Source: an uncultured Terracidiphilus sp. (GTDB lineage Bacteria > Acidobacteriota > Terriglobia > Terriglobales > Acidobacteriaceae). Taken from it: DNA of 64,000 nucleotides. The notes under the pieces were generated by a model. That model saw nothing but the letters and a program-made list of their open reading frames with translations. It made no database searches and was not told the origin of the DNA. This document shows, piece after piece, positions 57,464 to 64,000 of the stretch (positions are counted from its first letter, which is position 1; every line of letters starts with the position of its first letter). The stretch lies in contig CAYQOQ010000004.1 of the NCBI GenBank assembly GCA_964419175.1, forward strand, positions 115 through 64,114, in the 5' to 3' direction. A program made the translations under genes and the position numbers.

Positions 57464-58168
57464 CTAACGAACAGGGCTGCTCGGTTCGCTCTCCAACGCT
57501 TCCGGAGTCAATAGACCCAACTGCACCGCAAAGCGAATCAGATCGCTGCGCGTCTGAAGCCCGAGCTTCTCAATAATGCGCGAACGATATGTCTCGATCG
57601 TTTTCACGCCGACGAATATCTGCTTGGCAATCTCCGCGCTTGTGTAACCCTGCGCCACAAGTCCGAGCACCTGCAATTCACGGGTGCTGAGGAGGTTGGC
57701 CGTTCTTTTGGAACCGGCTCTAATCTTTCCCTTCGCCAGCACGTCCCCGACAAGGATGCTGGCCAAACGCGGATCCACGAAGATCCCTCCGCGATGTATA
57801 GCCCGAATGGCGGTGATCAACTCGGCATCCACGGCCCTCTTCAATAGGTAGCCGGAGGCCCCGGTAGCCAGCGCCGATCTCAAGTATGCAGGATCATCGT
57901 GCATCGTGAGGACGAGTATCCGGGTCTTGCTGCAATCTCGCGCTATCTGCTCTAGCGCCTTCATACCCCCAACCCGAGGCATGGTAAGGTCCAACAAGAC
58001 CACGTCCGGTCTCGTTTCCCTCGCCGTCTCAATCGCCTTCTCTCCATCAGCAGCTTCTGAGACGACTTCCATATCGGCCTGGGCATTGACCAGCATTTTC
58101 AGCCCTGCGCGGAGAATGGCATGATCATCTGCAATCATGACTCTGATCTTTTGTGAGTGCGCCGGCAT
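57464..58168 (-). CDS. NarL/LuxR-family response regulator
   Basis: IADDHAILRAG, LLDLTMP, GYLLK and LSTRELQVL...VKTIETYRSRIIEKL. Confidence 0.9.
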   Translation of the reverse strand: MPAHSQKIRVMIADDHAILRAGLKMLVNAQADMEVVSEAADGEKAIETARETRPDVVLLDLTMPRVGGMKALEQIARDCSKTRILVLTMHDDPAYLRSALATGASGYLLKRAVDAELITAIRAIHRGGIFVDPRLASILVGDVLAKGKIRAGSKRTANLLSTRELQVLGLVAQGYTSAEIAKQIFVGVKTIETYRSRIIEKLGLQTRSDLIRFAVQLGLLTPEALESEPSSPVR

Positions 58169-58169
58169 T

Positions 58170-59489
58170 TCAGGTGCTCCTCTGCCATGATTCGGGTTGT
58201 GAATCTTTATCGGCAAGCGGGACCTGCACCAGAATTTTGGCCCCCTTGCGCTGAGAAATAAAACTGACCGTTCCGCCCACCATTGCCGCTCTCTCGCGCA
58301 TACTGTGAATCCCCAAGCGGTGCGAGGAAGCAGCCACGGCCTCAGCGTTAAAGCCACAACCGTCATCGATTACTGCCACTTCAATAGCCGTGCCTGAACA
58401 GACAAATTGAATGTTGACCGTCTTGGCTCCCGAATGTCTGGCTACGTTGGTCAGAGCTTCCTGGATAATTCGATACAACGTGATCTGGGTTGTTGACGAC
58501 AGGTTACTGGTGTCAAGATTTCCGAGCGTGAGATCTACTGCAATGTCGTGGCTTTTTGTGTACTCAGCCGCATATCGGCTCAGTGCAACGCCCAGACCGT
58601 GGTCGTCCAGTACTGTTGGGTGGAGTCCGCGGGCGAGCCGGCCGACCTCGTCCATGGTCTGGACTGTGATTTCCCTGAGCCGTTGCCCTTGCGCTTTAAC
58701 ATCTGCAAGTTTCCTCGCGTCTTCCAGGGTACGCAGGCCCACAAGAAGAGCGGTTAGCAACTGACCTGCTTCGTCATGCAGTTCGCGCGCAATCCGGCGC
58801 CGTTCTTCCTCTTGAGCTGAGAGTGTGCGTTCCAAAATGAGCCTGCGCGTTGCTTCGGCCTGCTTGATTTCGGCGGCCTGCTTGATCTTTTGCTCCCGCA
58901 GATCGGTGATCACCATGCTCAGAGCCTTGCCCTTGAATCCACGAAGCCGATTAATCGACAAATAGACTGGAATCAAATTACCATCGGCGCAACACAGGCT
59001 GAATTCGCCCTTCGCAACCGCTCGCCAGCCATCGCTAAGCAAAGTTTCTAATCGGTTTTGCTCCGCTCCCGAAACCAGTGATTGCAATGTTGATCCAACA
59101 ACCTTGGCTGTCGACTTACGCACCAGTTGCGCAAACCCCCGATTGCAGTAAAGCACCAACCCGTCGCGCGAAAGCGTCGCCGCGCCTTCGCTCATAGCCT
59201 CCACAAGCATGCGATAGTTGGGTTCGCCTCCCTTCAGAGAGACCAGTTGCTCTCCGTGACGGCCGGAAACCATCAGTGCATCCACTTCGCCGGACTGTAT
59301 GGCGCGAAGAGTTTCCTCTGCTATCTTCAGGCGGGCGCGGAGATTTGCTTGCTGATTCGAAGGCATGGGTGACTGCAGTTTGCGCACAGAAGCTCCGGAG
59401 CTTCTGCGAGTTCCCGGCGGAGTATTGTCCTTGCGCGGCAGTTGTCGTTTCCGGGCCTGGCCATCGGAATGCGTTTGTGTGTCGGCCAT
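58170..59489 (-). CDS. Cytoplasmic PAS-domain sensor histidine kinase (HisKA_3)
   Basis: AEETLRAIQSGEVDAL coiled segment, PAS (LVEAMSEGAATLSRDGLVLYCN), EEERRRIARELHDEAGQLL, IDDGCGF and LGIHSMRERA; no TM helix. Start uncertain. Confidence 0.88.
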   Translation of the reverse strand: MADTQTHSDGQARKRQLPRKDNTPPGTRRSSGASVRKLQSPMPSNQQANLRARLKIAEETLRAIQSGEVDALMVSGRHGEQLVSLKGGEPNYRMLVEAMSEGAATLSRDGLVLYCNRGFAQLVRKSTAKVVGSTLQSLVSGAEQNRLETLLSDGWRAVAKGEFSLCCADGNLIPVYLSINRLRGFKGKALSMVITDLREQKIKQAAEIKQAEATRRLILERTLSAQEEERRRIARELHDEAGQLLTALLVGLRTLEDARKLADVKAQGQRLREITVQTMDEVGRLARGLHPTVLDDHGLGVALSRYAAEYTKSHDIAVDLTLGNLDTSNLSSTTQITLYRIIQEALTNVARHSGAKTVNIQFVCSGTAIEVAVIDDGCGFNAEAVAASSHRLGIHSMRERAAMVGGTVSFISQRKGAKILVQVPLADKDSQPESWQRST

Positions 59490-59509
59490 CTGCTCTTTGA
59501 GCCTTTATT

Positions 59510-59833
59510 TCAGGGCGCTGGTTGAAGATCCAACCCAACAATGACGCTCTCGGTCTTTGAGAGGTTCCCGATAATCTTTTTGACCGGCGGTGGCAGTCGT
59601 CTCACCAGGGTTGGAATGGCAATGATCTGATCGCCCTTGGCCAGTTGCGGCTTTTCAAGCAAGTCGACAACTTCAATGCTGTATTTGCCCTGCAGCTTCT
59701 CCTCACAGATCTTCTTGAGGTTGGCGATCGCAGTCATCGAATTAGGCGTTTGGCCCGCTATGTAAAGCCGCAAGATGAAAAAGTCACTGCGGCTGGTCTT
59801 GGCAGTTTTTTTCTTTGCTGTACTCTTCTTCAT
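59510..59833 (-). CDS. kaiB: Circadian clock-like protein KaiB
   Basis: [25 protein letters not shown]...[39 protein letters not shown]. Confidence 0.92.
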   Translation of the reverse strand: MKKSTAKKKTAKTSRSDFFILRLYIAGQTPNSMTAIANLKKICEEKLQGKYSIEVVDLLEKPQLAKGDQIIAIPTLVRRLPPPVKKIIGNLSKTESVIVGLDLQPAP

Positions 59834-59891
59834 GCCCTGCTCGGTTTCCGGCCCAAAAGGGCCATGCCTGTCACTTGCCCTTCGCGGCTGT

Positions 59892-61367
59892 TCATTGACC
59901 CGCGACATGCGTGGCCACCGTATGATCGCTTAAAACCTCGCCCAGGTCCAGGCCTTTCTTACTTACAATCAGCTCCCGAACTACCCGCGAATGCTCCATA
60001 CCGCGGGATTTCAGAACATAAAGCTCGCGCCTCGGCCGCCCATTGGGTTTGCTGTCCCGCAACACAATCCAGGTGTCCATCAAAGAGGAGACCGCGGCCG
60101 CGGTTCTTTCCTGGGGATCTCCCGCGAAGGTCAGATTCGTGAACATCGATGTAATCTGTTCCACCTTGAGGAAATCGACAAGCCGCACCAGCATCGATTT
60201 GACGTCATAACTGCCCGAGGTCGAAATCAGATTTGTGATTGGGTCGATGACCACCACCTTTGGTCGAAGCTCTGAAATCTGCCTGTGAATAACAGCCAAG
60301 TGTCCCTCCAGGCCGGTGCTGGTTGGCCGCATCGCGTTGAAATGCAACAGGCCCTTTTTTACCCACCGCTCCATGTCAAGGCCAACCGAGCGCATGTTGC
60401 GAAGAATCTGGCTGGGCGATTCTTCAAAAGTGAAATACAGGCAAAGTTCACCGCGAGCGCATGCGGCTCGAGTAAAGTTCGCTGCCAGGCTCGATTTCTC
60501 TGTTCCGGCCGTGCCCGTAACCAGCACGCTGCTCCCGCGGAAAAATCCCTTGCCTTCCATCATCTCGTCGAGTTTGGCAATTCCTGTCGAGACGCGCTCA
60601 GTGAGAGCTTTGTGGGTAAGTGCGAGAGAGGTGATGGGTACCACCGAGATGCCATCTTCATCAATCAGGAATGGATACTCATCGGTGCCGTGAGAAGTAC
60701 CCCTGTACTTGACGATTCGCAGCCGCCGGGTCGAAATCTGTTCCGTCACGCGATGATCCAATGCAATCACGCAGTCGGCAATGTACTCCTCCAGCCCGTA
60801 ACGGGTCAGCGTGTCGACTCCCGCTTCCCCGGTAACAATAGCGGTAAGGTTGTGTTCGTCAAGCCAGCGGAACAGTCGCTGCAGCTCCGACCGCAGTATT
60901 GCGGTGTCGGCTATACCGGCAAAAAGCGCCTGAACGCTGTCGAGAACAACCCGCTTTGCTTTGATAGTTTTTACCGCGTGGGCCAAACGGACGAACAAGC
61001 CGTCGAGGTTGTATTCTCCAGCCTCGGTAATCTGGCTTCGTTCAACAAAGACATAATCGATCACGAGCTTCTTGCGTCTGGTAAGGTCGCGCAAATCAAA
61101 ACCCAGCGACGCCACATTGGCCGTCAACTTTTCTTCGGTCTCTTCGAAATTCATGCATACGCCAGGCTCGCCGTATCGAACCGCACCGTTCACAAGAAAC
61201 TGCATCGCCAGGAGGCTCTTGCCGCATCCTGCTTTTCCGCACACCAGCGAGACCCGGCCTTTGGGCAGGCCTCCTCCTGTCACTTCATCCAGCCCCTGAA
61301 TTCCCGTCGGGGTCTTGGCAAGCAAGGTGCGCGTAGGTTTCGACTTAGGCTTGGCTTGGGCCATCAT
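59892..61367 (-). CDS. kaiC: Double-domain KaiC-family ATPase
   Basis: CI Walker A GKAGCGKS and FEE; [11 protein letters not shown] and FEES; VSSLMDT phosphosite region; LKSRG motif. Confidence 0.92.
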   Translation of the reverse strand: MMAQAKPKSKPTRTLLAKTPTGIQGLDEVTGGGLPKGRVSLVCGKAGCGKSLLAMQFLVNGAVRYGEPGVCMNFEETEEKLTANVASLGFDLRDLTRRKKLVIDYVFVERSQITEAGEYNLDGLFVRLAHAVKTIKAKRVVLDSVQALFAGIADTAILRSELQRLFRWLDEHNLTAIVTGEAGVDTLTRYGLEEYIADCVIALDHRVTEQISTRRLRIVKYRGTSHGTDEYPFLIDEDGISVVPITSLALTHKALTERVSTGIAKLDEMMEGKGFFRGSSVLVTGTAGTEKSSLAANFTRAACARGELCLYFTFEESPSQILRNMRSVGLDMERWVKKGLLHFNAMRPTSTGLEGHLAVIHRQISELRPKVVVIDPITNLISTSGSYDVKSMLVRLVDFLKVEQITSMFTNLTFAGDPQERTAAAVSSLMDTWIVLRDSKPNGRPRRELYVLKSRGMEHSRVVRELIVSKKGLDLGEVLSDHTVATHVAGQ

Positions 61368-61517
61368 AATACTCCAGAGATCCAGGTTGGTTCGGCTCGG
61401 GCGTCAAACTTCCGCCGTACCCCGAGTTGGCGGTGAATTCTGCGCAAATGCCGCTCGCACGGCTCCCGGCTCGCGAACAACTCGCGCGTCCACAGCAGGT
61501 GACGAACGGGAGGTTGT

Positions 61518-61860
61518 TCATCGCTGTCTGGGCGCCTTGATTGTGGAATTGAGGCGCGGGAGCTGGTCGTCGAGAACCGCAATGAAAAGTGAACTTCGAA
61601 TTCGCTGCCCACTTCTGCTATTGGTCAGGAAACCTGATTCTCTAAATCTCTTCATGAGGAAGCGAATGCTCGCCTTGGCTGTGCCTATTTTTTCGGCGAG
61701 GGTCTCCTGATTGAACCTGGGGATCACAGTCTCTGACTTACCTTCCTTACCGAAATCAGTGAGCAGGGCAGAGCCCGGTTTAGTCCCATGACGCTGCAAT
61801 CCAGGGGTTGGTAAACCAAATCGCCTCGCAATATTGGAGGAGTAGCGACGCAGAAACCTG
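61518..61860 (-). pseudogene. Degraded Crp/Fnr regulator remnant
   Basis: LLTDFGKEGKSETVIPRFNQETLAEKIGTAKASIRFLMKRFRESGF...SSLFIAVLDDQLP aligns with the C-terminus of 56427..57176; DLVYQ in another frame parallels DLVDQ. Confidence 0.7.
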
Positions 61861-62145
61861 CATCGCTGCTCCTTGAGGGAGGCCGCAACTCTTCGGGCAG
61901 AACTACCGCGTTTGAGACCAACTACATCAATATCTTAGTAAGTATGGCTGGATTCAAAGACCGCGTCTGTGCTGTTTTGCTCACTTTTGAAAGATTGCGT
62001 TGATCACGGATTCGGGCCGATTTGGATCGCGGCCGATAGATTTGTATTTTTTCGGCAAGTTATTCCGTCTTCTTAATCTCCAGCATTCAGCTCGCACCAA
62101 CCACGGACGGCGAATTGTAACCCTCGACCTCTCCCCTTCCCGCCT

Positions 62146-63336
62146 TCAGGTGGTTAATACTACCTCGCGCATTTCGGCGAAGTACGGTGTGCTCCGCTGA
62201 AGAACACACTCAGCAGCGTATAGGTACATAGCGGCTGACCAGGTTTGCCAATCCCGGCCGCTAGGCTTACCTGTTTGCGCGTGAATCCACTCGTTAAAAC
62301 CCCACTCCGCCGCGTTTTCATGCCACGGCTTAACCAGTTCTGTAAGCGCCAATAACTTTCGCTCCGCCAGATCCATCTGCCCTGCGGCAACGCAAGCCGA
62401 GACGTAGAAGCCACAAATAAAAGGCCACACTCCCCCGTTGTGATAGTCTCCCGGCCGGTTATAGCGCTCGTATCGAGGCAGCCAATCCACATGATGGGGC
62501 AGAATGTAAGGAAACAAGCAGGGCGGCAAATCCACGGCAAGTTCTCCGTGCCCCCGCATGGCCTCGCACTCGGCTTCTATCCATGTCAGCAGATTTGCAG
62601 CCCATTGCGGTGAAACAACTCCAGTCAGGATTGCAAGGCTGTTGCCAAGCAGATCGAAGCGGTCGCTGCTCATGATCTTGTACGAATAAAGTCCGTAGTA
62701 GGGCGCGGTCGGCTCAACAAGAGCCTCTTGCTCATAGCTTTTCTTTTGCTCCCCACTGACCTCTAGACGGCTCATCAATCCGCGCAGTTGCTTGGCGGAT
62801 TCGTCTTCGCGGTAAAGGCGGAGACAAGCATAGACGAGCATATTCACGTAGAGGCCATAGCCCATCACGTACTGTTCATCGCGCCAGTCGCTGGTGGGCA
62901 ACTGGGCAACCATCACCCGGTCATCCGGGCTCTGGTACTGCATCCACTTCCGGGCCTTCTCTGCTGCTTCAAGAAGAAACTCCGGCTGGTTCCTCGATAT
63001 TCTGTAGAGAGCCAATCCGAAGAGAAATAGAGGCGTCGAGTCACTGGAGCCGCGGTTATCTGGATCGTGCGCGAGGGATGGAATGTGGCCGTGCACCGTC
63101 TGATTGTCGGCAAGCGCCACCAGTGTACGTTCCAGAGCATCCGCAAGTTGCTCGTTACCAGTAACCAGAAAGCCAAGGGAGGAAATCATCAGGTCGCGCG
63201 TGTAGGGCTCCGGGTATCCCCAACCAGCGGTCCGAGGCAGTCCTTGAAATGGTCCCTTTGCGTTGTGCAGCAAAATCTGGAGAGCCGCCTCTTTGGCCTG
63301 CCCGATAGAGATGAGCGATTTTTCGTCGAACGACAT
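62146..63336 (-). CDS. (alpha/alpha)6 glycoside hydrolase, GH100/amylo-alpha-1,6-glucosidase-like
   Basis: YTRDLMIS, SSDSTPLF, DWRD, YHNGGVWPF and FNEW...QTWSAAMYL motifs. Confidence 0.75.
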   Translation of the reverse strand: MSFDEKSLISIGQAKEAALQILLHNAKGPFQGLPRTAGWGYPEPYTRDLMISSLGFLVTGNEQLADALERTLVALADNQTVHGHIPSLAHDPDNRGSSDSTPLFLFGLALYRISRNQPEFLLEAAEKARKWMQYQSPDDRVMVAQLPTSDWRDEQYVMGYGLYVNMLVYACLRLYREDESAKQLRGLMSRLEVSGEQKKSYEQEALVEPTAPYYGLYSYKIMSSDRFDLLGNSLAILTGVVSPQWAANLLTWIEAECEAMRGHGELAVDLPPCLFPYILPHHVDWLPRYERYNRPGDYHNGGVWPFICGFYVSACVAAGQMDLAERKLLALTELVKPWHENAAEWGFNEWIHAQTGKPSGRDWQTWSAAMYLYAAECVLQRSTPYFAEMREVVLTT

Positions 63337-63390
63337 AGACTCCTCGATGAAGTGCTGGGTTGAGGGGCAGCACTCAGGCCTCGTTGCTTT

Positions 63391-64000
63391 CTACTGAATA
63401 CCCATTCGATCAGAAACAATTTCAACGAACCGCCTGGCAACCTGGCGATAGTCGAATAGATCGACCACGCGTTTGCGGCCCGCTTCTCCCATACGCCGGC
63501 GCAAAGCTCTGTCCTGCATCAGAAGACGAAGGTACTTTGCAATGTCGGGCACGCTGGCTCGGTATTCAGCCGTCCGCGGATTTGGAAACACGATGCGATG
63601 ACTTTTCTGATAGTCGTGCCCTTCGCCGTAAAGTGCTTCGGTGATTTTTCTTTCCTCTGCCACTTTCGCCAGAAATGCCGTCTCGCCATGGACCATCGTG
63701 TCGCGAAATGCCATGGCATCGATGGCGATCACTGGCTTTTCGCAGGCGTTCGCCTCCACCTGAATCATGCCAAAACCCTCCAGCCGCGAAGGCGCAGCGT
63801 AAATGTCACAGGCAGACAATAAATAGGGCATGAAATTCTGCGAGACGACATTAGTCGAGAAAATAACCTTCTTGCCGATGCCCAGGTCTTCTGCCAGTTT
63901 GATGTCGATCAGATTTTGTTGGTCAGTGCGCGGTTGAGGCCAGACCTTGCAGACATATCTCCAGTCGGGGACCTCGCTATCGATCAGCGCTAATGCCCGC
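63391..64000 (-). CDS. Glycosyltransferase family 4 protein, 3' part (runs off the window edge)
   Basis: Frame is open to the edge; ACDIYAAPSRLEGFGMIQVEANACEKPVIA...RRRMGEAGRKRV. Confidence 0.85.
   Translation of the reverse strand, partial: RALALIDSEVPDWRYVCKVWPQPRTDQQNLIDIKLAEDLGIGKKVIFSTNVVSQNFMPYLLSACDIYAAPSRLEGFGMIQVEANACEKPVIAIDAMAFRDTMVHGETAFLAKVAEERKITEALYGEGHDYQKSHRIVFPNPRTAEYRASVPDIAKYLRLLMQDRALRRRMGEAGRKRVVDLFDYRQVARRFVEIVSDRMGIQ

Overview
Bacterial chromosomal window, most likely Acidobacteriota. This is an inference from three long carboxypeptidase-regulatory-domain TonB-dependent receptors (TBDRs), three FG-GAP/ASPIC-UnbV (CRTAC1-like) proteins and other typical families. Four blocks are visible. 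(1) 1-19.8 kb: a mostly translationally coupled minus-strand operon of exported beta-propeller and c-type cytochrome proteins with 9 CxxCH motifs in total. It includes a hydrazine-synthase-alpha-like protein and a YVTN-propeller/di-heme protein with HZS beta-gamma-like architecture, plus an amidase and a DAHP synthase lacking a regulatory domain; a TBDR is transcribed divergently. (2) 19.9-25 kb: a propeller-sensor two-component system flanked by two paralogous hypothetical proteins, then a highly structured intergenic element. (3) 25.2-46.1 kb: two TBDR loci (TPR + GH78 + GH106 rhamnosidases; a secreted adenosine-deaminase-like enzyme), each beside a paralogous membrane-anchored putative one-component regulator. 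(4) 46.1-64 kb: a mosaic, partly decaying stress/signalling region. It holds an IS5 remnant, a DsrE-like pseudogene, a sortase with an LPQTA substrate, a GT4, an ECF sigma factor, an IS630 inserted into a pseudogene, small stress proteins, Crp, a kaiC-kaiB-PAS kinase-response regulator unit and a GT4/glycoside-hydrolase pair. No rRNA, tRNA or CRISPR array was recognised. Family names come from motif recognition by eye, not from database searches.
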